A stretch of 34,786 bases of DNA from Candidatus Roizmanbacteria bacterium CG_4_9_14_0_2_um_filter_39_13 (GTDB taxonomy: Bacteria > Patescibacteriota > Microgenomatia > UBA1406 > GWC2-37-13): the NCBI GenBank assembly GCA_002788865.1, contig PFSC01000156.1, positions 1 through 34,786 of the forward strand, written 5' to 3'. The translations under genes and the position numbers were made by a program. Below, in pieces: positions 1 through 9,358 of this stretch. Each line of letters opens with the position of its first letter. Within the stretch, counting starts at the first letter, position 1. The notes under the pieces are model-generated. The model did no database searches and had not been told where the DNA came from. It saw nothing but the letters and a program-made list of their open reading frames with translations.

Positions 1-47
1 ATGAGATTATTACTAAAGTTAATCGTGGTAAAGCTATTTTAAAGACA

Positions 48-329
48 CTACACTAGAAGTAAAATAAAAACAACAAACCCAATTATTCCACCCCATTTAA
101 TTAAATTATTTCTTTGACCAATTTTAAATCTTTCATGAGATTGCATTCTCTCTTCGTGAATATATTTGTGCGTCTCTCTTCTCTGACTTAATACTTCGGA
201 GATGTGACTTTCACTCATTTTATCGTTATTGCCCCTCTCAATCTCGCGGAAAACTAAAGCAAGCTTTTCTTCGTTCTCTGTAAATATCGACTCCTTCTTT
301 TTTTGAATTTCTTTACTTTCGTTTTTCAT
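48..329 (-). CDS. hypothetical small protein with C-terminal membrane anchor
   Basis: 93-aa ORF with a charged helical N-part and a hydrophobic tail (WGGIIGFVVFILLLV). Its ATG overlaps the stop of the upstream ORF (ATGA at 326-329). No family recognised with certainty. Confidence 0.4.
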   Translation of the reverse strand: MKNESKEIQKKKESIFTENEEKLALVFREIERGNNDKMSESHISEVLSQRRETHKYIHEERMQSHERFKIGQRNNLIKWGGIIGFVVFILLLV

Positions 330-571
330 AAAGAAAAATAATCCTTCGTATTAGATTGATAGGTAAACAATATTTGTTTTTCTTTATAAGTTTTATTGAA
401 TCTACAAATGGTACTAATATTGTTAAGTAATTCTTTCTTGATATAAAAAGACATTAGGCGGGTTGCTAAAGTTTTTGAAATTTTTTTTCCTACTAAAAGC
501 TCCTCAATTTTTTCAATTTTAGCACCTAATATATCTTCGTATTGTTCTTTGATTTCATCCACATTGTTCAT
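326..571 (-). CDS. hypothetical small protein
   Basis: 81-aa ORF translationally coupled (4-nt overlap) to 48-329. No recognisable motif. Confidence 0.35.
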   Translation of the reverse strand: MNNVDEIKEQYEDILGAKIEKIEELLVGKKISKTLATRLMSFYIKKELLNNISTICRFNKTYKEKQILFTYQSNTKDYFSL

Positions 572-664
572 ATTTCAATAATATCATGAAATATAAAATT
601 AGTAAATTTTTTGATATCTTATACCGATGCGTGGTCTTTTTATCCTTGTTGTTAATATTTTTCT

Positions 665-1234
665 CTATAAGCTTATACTATTTTTATCCCTCTCCGAAAG
701 AATCATTGCTTCTTTCCCTATTGGCCAGTCGATTGCTAACTTAGGGTCAAATAATGAAATTGCCGCATCTCCACTCTTATCTCGATCTGCGTAGAGTCGA
801 TCCACAAAATAGACATAATCCATCGGACCATCAAGGACTGCATACGAATTCCCTACCCCAATGGGGACATACAGTGAACCGTCCAACGCTCCTTCGCCAA
901 AACCAAGGATGAATGTCTCAATCGTTTTGTATGTAGGAGATTGAGGTCGAAGATCAACAAGTGCGCAATATGCTTTTCCCGCAGTCACAAAAATAAATTT
1001 GTTCCAACCCTCGGCATGGATCCCGCGAACTACATTCTTAATTGATCGTGCATGATTGATTTGTTTGACAATAAAAGTTTGACCTGTTACAGCCTCAATT
1101 TCGGGTATTCGTCCAATTTCAGAAAAAAATCCCCGCTCATCTTCATGAAAGGATTTTTCAACAAAAAACAAACCATCAATAGATGTTTTAAAGATTCCCT
1201 TTGCTATTTGGTTTTCAGTTTTCAGTTGATACAT
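665..1234 (-). CDS. rfbC: dTDP-4-dehydrorhamnose 3,5-epimerase (RmlC-type cupin)
   Basis: 189 aa. The segments HEDERGFFSE, RGIHAEGWNKFIFVTAGKAYCALVDLR and YVPIGVGNSY are typical of RmlC epimerases. Confidence 0.85.
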   Translation of the reverse strand: MYQLKTENQIAKGIFKTSIDGLFFVEKSFHEDERGFFSEIGRIPEIEAVTGQTFIVKQINHARSIKNVVRGIHAEGWNKFIFVTAGKAYCALVDLRPQSPTYKTIETFILGFGEGALDGSLYVPIGVGNSYAVLDGPMDYVYFVDRLYADRDKSGDAAISLFDPKLAIDWPIGKEAMILSERDKNSISL

Positions 1235-1260
1235 ATTTTCATTATTTTATTAATTTCCAT

Positions 1261-1331
1261 GTCATTCCCGACTAGATCGGGAATCCATAATACAGAACTA
1301 GAGAATGGATCCCCGCATTCGCGAGGATGAC
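1261..1331. repeat. GTCAT-hairpin repeat pair (cluster A, inverted orientation)
   Basis: Forward unit gtcATTCCCGactagatCGGGAATccat (1261-1288). Reverse unit atggATCCCCGCattcGCGAGGATgac (1305-1331). Same termini as clusters at 20.3, 27.6, 29.4, 30.7 and 34.6 kb. Confidence 0.85.
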
Positions 1332-1711
1332 TGATTATTAAAATATTCTCTCGCCTGTCTTTCATCATCGTGCATTTGTGCAATCAATGCTTCCTTGTTT
1401 TCAAACTTCATATTATCACGAATTTTCTGAATACATATTACTTTCATTTCTTTTCCATAAATATTGGTGTCAAAATCAAGTATATAAATCTCGGCTTTTT
1501 TATCATGTTCATCAAAGGTGAGCGCTTTTCCAACAAAAATGAGAGATGGATACAGTACTTCATCAATCTGTGCAAATCCAACAAAAATCCCTTCAGGAGT
1601 TTTTGGCTCCACGTCAATATTTGCCGTTGGATATCCAAGTTCGGTACCGCGACGCAGATGCTTTTTTACCGCTCCAGAGAAGGAAAATAATACCGATTGT
1701 GTATTCATCAT
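1298..1711 (-). CDS. riboflavin kinase (monofunctional flavokinase domain)
   Basis: 137 aa. FSGAVKKHLRRGTELGYPTANI and EIYILDFDTNIYGKEMKVICIQKIRDNMKF match the RibF C-terminal flavokinase domain, and there is no FAD-synthetase domain. The last ~11 codons (SSRMRGSIL) are encoded by a repeat unit. Confidence 0.8.
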   Translation of the reverse strand: MMNTQSVLFSFSGAVKKHLRRGTELGYPTANIDVEPKTPEGIFVGFAQIDEVLYPSLIFVGKALTFDEHDKKAEIYILDFDTNIYGKEMKVICIQKIRDNMKFENKEALIAQMHDDERQAREYFNNQSSSRMRGSIL

Positions 1712-1758
1712 TTTTATTATCTAATAGCCATTAGCTATCAGCTAAGGGCTAATCCACG

Positions 1759-1831
1759 TGGCTGAGGAGAGAATCGAACTCTCGACCTGTCGCTTATGAA
1801 ACGACCGCTCTAACCGCTGAGCTACCCAGCC
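1759..1831 (-). tRNA. tRNA with CAT anticodon (elongator Met, or Ile2 if lysidine-modified)
   Basis: The reverse complement GGCTGGGTAGCTCAGCGGTTAGAGCGGTCGTTTCATAAGCGACAGGTCGAGAGTTCGATTCTCTCCTCAGCCA folds as a cloverleaf. It has a 7-bp acceptor stem, a GCTC/GAGC D-stem, anticodon loop TTCATAA and a GAGAG-TTCGATT-CTCTC T-arm. The G1-C72 pair argues against an initiator. CCA is not encoded. Confidence 0.92.
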
Positions 1832-1908
1832 TATTTACAATAATGAATCAATTAGTTTCCACTAAACAATAATAACAAAAACAGTCCTGTTGAATTATAA
1901 TATAAAGT

Positions 1909-2826
1909 ATGCCTTCAAACAATAGCCCTCACACGAAGATAGAGCTTTCTATCATCGTACTATCATATAATACCGCTGCGCTTACCAAGCAAACAGTCGA
2001 ATCTATTCTTACCTCACTCAAAGCGGCTCGATTTGGATATGAAATCATTGTGTTTGATAATGCTTCAAAAGACAAATCCGTAGAGTTTGTGCGCGTTCTT
2101 TCTCAGAAATTCAAACAGATTACATTAATTGCTCACCATGAAAATCTCGGCTTTTCAAAAGGAAATAATGAAGCGGTTACATTAGCTCATGGATCATATA
2201 TTCTTTTTCTCAATTCAGACATTATTATTCAAGATGATGCAATTTCAAAGTTGTTTGAGTATTACAAGAATAATCAACAATCCATCCATTTTCTCGGCGG
2301 AAAGTTGTTTAATAAAGATGGCTCTCTGCAACCATCTGGAGGACCCTTTTATTCACTTCCCGTCGTATTTGGGGCACTTTTTGCAAAAGGAGATCATTGG
2401 GGATTTTCACGTCAATCTCCCGATAAAATCACTCAAATCGACTGGGTATCTGGTGCATGTATCTTGACTACCAAAAAAATATTTAGCAAATTGAATGGTT
2501 TTGATGAAAAAATATTCATGTATATGGATGAAATTGACCTCCTGTATCGTGCAAAAAAAATGCATTATAATACCTATTTTTATCCCTATGCTCCATTTAT
2601 CCATCTTGGGTCAGCATCGAGCGAAGGGAAGACGTATCCAATCTTACAAGTGTATAAAGGATTCAAATATTTCTATAAAAAACATCACTCATCTCTCTCT
2701 ATATCTCTCCTTCTTAGTATGTTACAATTAAAAGCACTTATTGCTATTTGGATTGGTAAATTAACAAAAAATCAATATTTAACAGAGACATATGCAAAAG
2801 CTCTCGAAATTGCTAAAATGGCTTGA
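1909..2826 (+). CDS. family 2 glycosyltransferase
   Basis: 305 aa. LSIIVLSYNT, VFDNASKDKS, GFSKGNNEA and FLNSDI are GT2 (GT-A fold, DxD-type) signatures. A TATAAT box (1896-1901) lies 7 nt before the ATG. Confidence 0.85.
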   Translation: MPSNNSPHTKIELSIIVLSYNTAALTKQTVESILTSLKAARFGYEIIVFDNASKDKSVEFVRVLSQKFKQITLIAHHENLGFSKGNNEAVTLAHGSYILFLNSDIIIQDDAISKLFEYYKNNQQSIHFLGGKLFNKDGSLQPSGGPFYSLPVVFGALFAKGDHWGFSRQSPDKITQIDWVSGACILTTKKIFSKLNGFDEKIFMYMDEIDLLYRAKKMHYNTYFYPYAPFIHLGSASSEGKTYPILQVYKGFKYFYKKHHSSLSISLLLSMLQLKALIAIWIGKLTKNQYLTETYAKALEIAKMA

Positions 2827-4333
2827 TATTCATCTTTTGAAAGTTCTTGTCATTGGCTTCATTTTCCTCATCCCACTTTATCCAAAACTTCCTGTGAGAA
2901 TGGTCAACTATACCTATATAGCGATCCGTGTCGAAGATTTTTATATGGTTCTTGTGGGTCTTGCCATTGCAATTCAATTTTTTCGAAAAAAAATGGAAAT
3001 TCCTTGGAAAATATTGTATTTATTCCTTTTGTATTGGGGAGCAGTATTTCTCTCATTTATTTGGGGATATTATTTCCAAAAAACAGTCATCATTGACCAT
3101 TTGGGCTTTCTTCATAGTGCAAGACGCATCGAATACATGCTTATTTTCTTTGTTGCATATTCAACGATAAAATCAAAGAAAGATTTTTTCCTCTATCTCA
3201 AGCTTATATTTAGCGTTCTTGCAATCGTCTCGCTTTATGGATTTGGACAGAAATTTATGGGCTGGCCCGCAGTACAGACCATGAACCCCGAATACGCAAA
3301 GGGTTACATTTTGGTACTTGAGTCTTGGTCTCGTATCTCATCCACATTTGCTGGACATTATGATCTGAGTGCCTATATTATTTTACTCATGCCAATACTC
3401 ATTGGGTATTTTTTATATACAGAATCAAAAAAATATTTTATACTTTTTCTTCTTTCTCTTGGTACACTCGTTCTTGCAGGATCACGCGCATCATATATTG
3501 CATATCTATTCTCCATCACAGTATTTCTCGTGATGATGCGCAAATTCAAACTTCTTGCCATCATACTCATTGCAACTGCAGTTCTCACTCCACTTTCTGA
3601 CAATCTTGCAAATCGATTGACAAGAACATTTCAGCAAACAAAAGTCTTTGTGGATTCGGAGACTGGACAAACATTCGTAGCTCGCAATATGACACCAGAT
3701 GATTTGCCTCCTGGTGATTTCGGGTCTGGATCAAACCTTTCAACTGTAGGTAGCGGCATCCCAGTGGTAGTAGATACTGATACTGAATATGTCGCACGGC
3801 AAAAAATTCGTGAGGATTTGTTACAAGAAGGAAAAAAATCAGGAAAAACATACTCTCCTGAAGAGATTAATTCCGCAGTCGATCTCGTGTTTTTACGACA
3901 AATTCCCATAATAAAATACCTTCCTGACATTTCAATATCTACTCGACTTCAAGTCTCATGGCCAAGAGCATTTCATGCTTTTTGGAGAAATCCCCTCCTT
4001 GGCAGTGGTCCATCTTCGCTCGGTGAGGCGACTGACGGAGACTATCTACGGTGGCTCGGAGAAACTGGACTCTTGGGAACACTTTTGTTTCTTGCTATTC
4101 TCGGATCGATCATTATGCCAATATTCAAACATACAAAAAAAATGCAACAAAAGTATGCATATATTTTCTACGGATTCCTATTTGGATTCGTTGGCCTCTT
4201 TATCAATGCTGGATACATTGACCTATTTGAAGCATCAAAGCTCGCTTACATGTTCTGGCTTCTTGCAGGAATATTTTTTGCATCATCAAAGCTATTTGTG
4301 CAGAAAAAGAGCGTTGGAAAATTGAAGATATAA
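2792..4333 (+). CDS. O-antigen ligase / Wzy-like polytopic membrane protein
   Basis: 513 aa with many hydrophobic helices. The AGSRASYIAYLFS region is typical of the Wzy_C/O-antigen-ligase domain, and there is a large hydrophilic loop (about aa 275-400). The start is uncertain because the ORF overlaps the GT2 gene by 35 nt. Confidence 0.7.
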   Translation: MQKLSKLLKWLDIHLLKVLVIGFIFLIPLYPKLPVRMVNYTYIAIRVEDFYMVLVGLAIAIQFFRKKMEIPWKILYLFLLYWGAVFLSFIWGYYFQKTVIIDHLGFLHSARRIEYMLIFFVAYSTIKSKKDFFLYLKLIFSVLAIVSLYGFGQKFMGWPAVQTMNPEYAKGYILVLESWSRISSTFAGHYDLSAYIILLMPILIGYFLYTESKKYFILFLLSLGTLVLAGSRASYIAYLFSITVFLVMMRKFKLLAIILIATAVLTPLSDNLANRLTRTFQQTKVFVDSETGQTFVARNMTPDDLPPGDFGSGSNLSTVGSGIPVVVDTDTEYVARQKIREDLLQEGKKSGKTYSPEEINSAVDLVFLRQIPIIKYLPDISISTRLQVSWPRAFHAFWRNPLLGSGPSSLGEATDGDYLRWLGETGLLGTLLFLAILGSIIMPIFKHTKKMQQKYAYIFYGFLFGFVGLFINAGYIDLFEASKLAYMFWLLAGIFFASSKLFVQKKSVGKLKI

Positions 4334-4355
4334 TACTACGCTTGAAACATTCATT

Positions 4356-5789
4356 ATGAAAAAAAAAGATATCATTATTCTCGCGGTAATATTAGTTATT
4401 GGTCTTGCGTTACGACTGTATAAAATAGATACTCCTCTTGCGGATCTTCACTCATGGAGACAGGTCGATACCGCTGCAGTTGCTCGAAACTTTACCCGCG
4501 ACGGATTCAATCTTCTGAAACCGACATACGACGACCTTTCAAGTATTCAGACGGGCTTAGAAAATCCAACTGGAATTCGCATGGTAGAGTTCCCTATTTA
4601 CAATGCAGTTTTTGGATTTTTATACAAATATTTTCCAATTACATCTCTTGAAATATATGGGCGACTCACTTCGGCACTCTTTTCGCTGGTGACAATTGGA
4701 GTCTTATACTATCTTGCACTGAAAGAAAAAAGCCGAACTGCAGCTGTAGCGTCTGCAGGAATTTATGCAATTTTTCCTTTTTTTGTATTTTTCTCACGAG
4801 TTGTACTTCCTGAGTCGACTGCTGTTGCATTCATGATGTTATCGCTTCTATTTTTACATATTGGGCTCACAAACAATAAAAAGTCAATTACCCACCTTTT
4901 GGTTGGCTCTGTGTTTTTTGCGCTTTCCATTCTTACAAAACCGACAACAATATTTTATTCATTTGCTACAGGGTATCTCTTTATTCAGACATACAAATTC
5001 GATGTCTTAAAAAACTGGCGACCATATGTGTTTTTTCTCATTGGGCTTGTCCCGCTTATTCTGTGGCGCTGGTACATTCTCCAGTATCCAGAAGGTATAC
5101 CCGCAAGCGCATGGCTCATCACTCAGGTAAATACATTCGAAGGTCCAAAAGAAATATTTTTTCGCCCCGCATTTTTCCGATGGATTTTCATGGAGCGCAT
5201 TGGAACTGAAATATTTGGTATTTATGGAGTAGCGTTTGTACTATTTGGTGTTATCGGAAAGTATAAAAACCTCTTTATTCAAAGCATTCTCTTCTCGGGT
5301 CTCGTCTATCTTTTCACCTTTCAAGGGGGAAATGTACAGCATGAATACTATCAAACAATTCTTCTTCCAATGCTTGCACTCATGGGTGGAGTTGGAATCG
5401 CAAATATATTTGAACTACCATCAAAATATGTTCAAAAAATAGTACTGTATCCCACAGTATGTGTCGCAATCATTTTCAGCCTTGTGTTTTCGTTTTATAA
5501 AGTCAAAGACTTTTACACATACCCAAATGATCTTCCACAGATAGCAGCGCTCATCAAAACCTTCACTCTTCCTGAAGATAAAATCGTGACGGACAGAAGT
5601 GGAGACACAACTCTTCTGTACCTTTCCGACAGAAAGGGTGCACCTGCAGTTTATAAAGATATAGATGAGCTGAAAAATCTTGGATATAGCTATCTGGTAA
5701 CCTCGAATGAAGGATTAAAAACAGATTTAAAATCAAGAAATCTGGAAATAATGGTCGAGACCGATCTATACTTACTTGTAAAACTTTAG
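4356..5789 (+). CDS. ArnT/PMT-like (GT39/GT83-type) membrane glycosyltransferase
   Basis: 477-aa polytopic protein. The N-terminal LRLYKIDTPLADLHSWRQVDTAAVARNF resembles the first-loop motif of polyprenyl-phosphate-sugar dependent GT-C transferases. Confidence 0.7.
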   Translation: MKKKDIIILAVILVIGLALRLYKIDTPLADLHSWRQVDTAAVARNFTRDGFNLLKPTYDDLSSIQTGLENPTGIRMVEFPIYNAVFGFLYKYFPITSLEIYGRLTSALFSLVTIGVLYYLALKEKSRTAAVASAGIYAIFPFFVFFSRVVLPESTAVAFMMLSLLFLHIGLTNNKKSITHLLVGSVFFALSILTKPTTIFYSFATGYLFIQTYKFDVLKNWRPYVFFLIGLVPLILWRWYILQYPEGIPASAWLITQVNTFEGPKEIFFRPAFFRWIFMERIGTEIFGIYGVAFVLFGVIGKYKNLFIQSILFSGLVYLFTFQGGNVQHEYYQTILLPMLALMGGVGIANIFELPSKYVQKIVLYPTVCVAIIFSLVFSFYKVKDFYTYPNDLPQIAALIKTFTLPEDKIVTDRSGDTTLLYLSDRKGAPAVYKDIDELKNLGYSYLVTSNEGLKTDLKSRNLEIMVETDLYLLVKL

Positions 5790-5817
5790 CTCACATTGAA
5801 GATTAATTTCAATACGT

Positions 5818-7029
5818 ATGAATATCTTGATGCTCACCCCCTACCTTCCGTATCCTCCAGCATCAGGCGGACAGATTCGTACGCACTACTTGCTCAAATA
5901 CCTCGCGCGAAATCACTCTATTACACTTGTAGCACTCTATAAAGATGAAAAAGAAAAACAGTACGCAAAACACTTGAGCTCATATTGCTCTGAAATACAT
6001 CTATGTAAGAGAGCAAGTAAACCATGGAAGCCGAGTATCATCGCAAAAGCAGCTTTCACCAATCAGCCATTTCTGATTGTCCGAAATTATTCTAAAGAAG
6101 CAGCTGAGAAAATAAAAACTCTCCTTCAAGAAAGGACTTTTGATGTTATTCATGCGGAGACATTTTACATCATGCCACATATTCCGAAGACATCTACGCC
6201 GATTCTTCTCGTGGAGCAAACGATTGAATACAAAGTCTACCAACACTTTACATCGTCTCTACCTTCGTTTCTCCGACTTCCGCTTCATATCGATATCATT
6301 AAACTAAAACATTGGGAAAAATATTACTGGAAAAAGGCTGATCTTGTGGCAACAGTATCCGAGTTTGACAAAAATGAAATCAAACGATTGGCACCAAGTA
6401 TTGAACCAGTAGTCATTCCAAACGGTGCTGGAGATGAAATGTTTGTGAAAGATTTACCTGAAAAAATACTTTCCAAACCAAAGCTCTTGTTTCTAGGAAA
6501 CTTTTTTTGGTTGCAAAATGTCGAGGCAGCAACATATCTAATTGAGTCTATATATCCTCTTCTGAATGATCAGATTCCCAATATGGAGGTCATTATTGCT
6601 GGACAAAATGCTGAAGGAAAGATTCCCAAATCCCATAAAAAGAATATCAAGATTATCGATCTTGATCCTGGAGATGCACAAATCGTCAAAAAACTATATC
6701 GCTCAGCAACTCTTTTCATTGCACCAATTTTTGGTCCTGGTGGGACACGCCTCAAGATTTTGGCAAGTATGGCATCGGGGCTTCCCATCGTTTCGACAAA
6801 TGTGGGTGTGCAAGGACTTGGCATTATTGATGGTGAGCATGCGGTGATCGCACAAACTCCAGAAGAGTTTGTTTCACAGATCCAAAAAATTCTTTCTGAT
6901 CCTCAATTGTATAAAAAAATTCAAAAAAATGCATTTGATTTGGTGAGTGAAAAGTTCAGTTGGGAATCTATTGCCAAAAAACTTGAGAACGTATATCGAC
7001 ATATTATCCGAAAAACCATAAGCAACTAG
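5818..7029 (+). CDS. family 4 (GT-B, group 1) glycosyltransferase
   Basis: 403 aa. MNILMLTPYLPYPPASGGQIRTHYLLKYL N-terminus and GGTRLKILASMASGLPIVST C-domain motif. Confidence 0.85.
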   Translation: MNILMLTPYLPYPPASGGQIRTHYLLKYLARNHSITLVALYKDEKEKQYAKHLSSYCSEIHLCKRASKPWKPSIIAKAAFTNQPFLIVRNYSKEAAEKIKTLLQERTFDVIHAETFYIMPHIPKTSTPILLVEQTIEYKVYQHFTSSLPSFLRLPLHIDIIKLKHWEKYYWKKADLVATVSEFDKNEIKRLAPSIEPVVIPNGAGDEMFVKDLPEKILSKPKLLFLGNFFWLQNVEAATYLIESIYPLLNDQIPNMEVIIAGQNAEGKIPKSHKKNIKIIDLDPGDAQIVKKLYRSATLFIAPIFGPGGTRLKILASMASGLPIVSTNVGVQGLGIIDGEHAVIAQTPEEFVSQIQKILSDPQLYKKIQKNAFDLVSEKFSWESIAKKLENVYRHIIRKTISN

Positions 7030-7030
7030 T

Positions 7031-8152
7031 ATGAAAATTGGAGTAGACATATCACAAATTGCTCACAAAGGAACGGGAGTCGCTCGGTTTACCGAAGGTC
7101 TTGTTCGGACTATTTTGATTCAAAAAGATACAACTCATGAGTGGGTATTTTTTTACTCATCATTTCGACAAAAAATCGACTCCACTCTCAGGCAGAAAAT
7201 TACAAATAGCCCTCACTCTTTGCACTCATTTCCATTTCCACCATCGTTTCTTTCTTATGTTAGTAATAATTTTCGAGGATTCACTCAATTCGTAACTCAT
7301 AACTCTAAACTCTTAACTGACCTTGACTGGTTCATCACATCTGATTGGATCGAATATCCACTCAGTATAAAAAAAACTACAATCATACATGACCTCATAT
7401 TTGTTCGACATCCAGAAACGGTTCATTCTAAGATCATACGAGCGCAACAAAAAAGGCTACAATATATATCAAAGGAGTCAGAAATAATATTTACAGACTC
7501 AAAGTCGACAGCACAAGACTTGCAGGAAGAATATAAAATCCCTGCTGATAAAATCGTATTGAACTATCCCGGAGTAGAGATAATCTCGTCTCTTTCTATT
7601 CACGATCAACAAAAGCATCTTAACGACTATCACATCAACAAACCATTTTTGTTGTCTGTTGGGAAAAGAGAGCCCAGGAAGAATATTCAAAGACTCATCA
7701 ATGTATTTCAAAAATTGAGAAAGAATACTCCTAACCTCCAACTTGTTATTGTGGGACCGGATGGTTGGGGAAAATTACATGGAGAGCAAAATAAAAATAT
7801 ACTATTTCTTGGATTTGTCTCTGATGAAATCCTTGCAACGCTGTACTCCAACGCGCTTTGTTTCGTTTTTCCTTCATTGTATGAAGGATTCGGGTATCCA
7901 GTTGTAGAAGCGATGAAATACGGTTGCCCTGTAGCAACAAGCAATACCTCATCTCTTCCAGAAATTGCAGGAGAGGCTGCAGTACTATTTGATCCTCTCG
8001 ATGAAAACTCAATCAAGAATAGCATATCGCAACTTATCAATTCTGAAGAGCTCCGTTTACAACTCATTCAAAAGGGAATAATTCAATCCAAAAAATTCAG
8101 CTGGCAAAACTATTATAATACGTTAGTTACGTCCTTAAATGACAAAACATAG
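7031..8152 (+). CDS. family 4 glycosyltransferase
   Basis: 373 aa. FPSLYEGFGYPVVEAMKYGCPVATSNTSSLPEIAG is the E-x7-E GT4 motif. The ATG lies 1 nt after the upstream stop. Confidence 0.85.
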   Translation: MKIGVDISQIAHKGTGVARFTEGLVRTILIQKDTTHEWVFFYSSFRQKIDSTLRQKITNSPHSLHSFPFPPSFLSYVSNNFRGFTQFVTHNSKLLTDLDWFITSDWIEYPLSIKKTTIIHDLIFVRHPETVHSKIIRAQQKRLQYISKESEIIFTDSKSTAQDLQEEYKIPADKIVLNYPGVEIISSLSIHDQQKHLNDYHINKPFLLSVGKREPRKNIQRLINVFQKLRKNTPNLQLVIVGPDGWGKLHGEQNKNILFLGFVSDEILATLYSNALCFVFPSLYEGFGYPVVEAMKYGCPVATSNTSSLPEIAGEAAVLFDPLDENSIKNSISQLINSEELRLQLIQKGIIQSKKFSWQNYYNTLVTSLNDKT

Positions 8153-8188
8153 CAATGAGTGCTACGCGTTATACGTTATACGAAATAC

Positions 8189-9298
8189 ATGAATATCGGC
8201 ATTGATGGAAATGAAGCAAATGTAGACAACCACGTCGGCGTCTCTGTGTATACACTTGAACTCCTGAAACATTTTGCAAAAACCAATCACAAAGATATAA
8301 TTTTTACTATCTTTCTTCGTGAAGAACCAAAACAAAGCATGCCGAAAGCGAAAGAGAATTTTGTTTATGAAGTGGTTCCAGCAAAAATGCTCTGGTCTCA
8401 AATTTTCCTGCCCTATCATCTTTTATTTCGGTCGGATATTGATGTATTTTTTGCACCGGCGCATTATTCGCCTCGTTTTCTCAAGCAACCGCTCGTCGTG
8501 ACAATCCATGATCTCTCGTTTCTCAAATTTCCAAATGAATTCCGACGCCGCGATCTGTATAAACTCACAAACTGGACAAAGTACTCGATTCAAAAGGCAC
8601 GTCAAATCATTGGTGTTTCCAAAACTACCAAAAAGGACATTCTCCAAGAATATCCTATTAGTTCCGAAAAGATCCAAGTCATTTATAATGGATTTACCAA
8701 ATACCCAGAAACAAAAAATAGTAAGTCTGTAATCAAAAGAGAATTTGGGTTGAGTACAAATAGATATATTCTCCATGTTGGAACTCTTCAACCAAGAAAG
8801 AATATCCCCACACTCATTGTCGCCTTTAAAAAATTTCACGAACTTCATCCTGACTTCAAGCTCGTACTACAAGGAAAAAAAGGTTGGATGTTTCATGAGA
8901 TTTTTGCAACGGTTAAAGCTCTCCATATGGAAGAAAGTGTGTGTATTCCAGGATATGTTTCAGATGAAATCGAAAGTAGTCTCTATCAAAATGCATTTTG
9001 TCTTGCTTTCCCATCGCTTTACGAAGGCTTTGGGCTTCCGATTCTTGAAGCTATGAGCCATTCTTGTCCAGTAATAGCATCTCACAATGCAAGTTTGCCA
9101 GAAATTGGTGGAGATGCATGTTTGTACTTTGATCCGAAAGATAGCAATGACCTCAATGACAAGCTTGAAAAATTGTATGGTGATAAAAATCTAGTCACAA
9201 CGCTTATCGCAAAAGGAAAAAAGCGAATTAGAGATTTTTCATGGAAAAAGTGCGCCAAGGAAACTCTTGAAGTTATAAAAAGTGCTTGTCAAGAATAA
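8189..9298 (+). CDS. family 4 glycosyltransferase
   Basis: FPSLYEGFGLPILEAMSHSCPVIASHNASLPEIGG motif. The ORF track starts at a GTG (8159). I prefer the ATG at 8189 (MNIGIDGNEAN), which matches the N-terminus of the paralogue at 7031. Confidence 0.8.
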   Translation: MNIGIDGNEANVDNHVGVSVYTLELLKHFAKTNHKDIIFTIFLREEPKQSMPKAKENFVYEVVPAKMLWSQIFLPYHLLFRSDIDVFFAPAHYSPRFLKQPLVVTIHDLSFLKFPNEFRRRDLYKLTNWTKYSIQKARQIIGVSKTTKKDILQEYPISSEKIQVIYNGFTKYPETKNSKSVIKREFGLSTNRYILHVGTLQPRKNIPTLIVAFKKFHELHPDFKLVLQGKKGWMFHEIFATVKALHMEESVCIPGYVSDEIESSLYQNAFCLAFPSLYEGFGLPILEAMSHSCPVIASHNASLPEIGGDACLYFDPKDSNDLNDKLEKLYGDKNLVTTLIAKGKKRIRDFSWKKCAKETLEVIKSACQE

Positions 9299-9320
9299 AT
9301 AGCTTTTCTAATATCATACT

Positions 9321-9357
9321 TCGTTAATCACCGGCTTTTTTGATAAAATTGGAATGT
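9321..9357 (+). repeat. 37-bp direct repeat, copy 1 (immediately upstream of the Bro-N/DinD start)
   Basis: tcgttaatcaccggcttttttgataaaattggaatgt matches 10221-10257 at 34 of 37 positions. Confidence 0.9.
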
Positions 9358-9358
9358 T

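Noticed and set aside
1759-1831. tRNA-Met as the integration site of the defence island
   Set aside because: The island starts 7.5 kb away, with conserved-looking glycan genes in between. I could not find a duplicated tRNA 3' segment near 9.3 or 15.8 kb.
8159-8188. GTG start extending the third GT4 gene by 10 codons
   Set aside because: The ATG at 8189 gives an N-terminus (MNIGIDG) parallel to the paralogue MKIGVDIS. The extension has no support.
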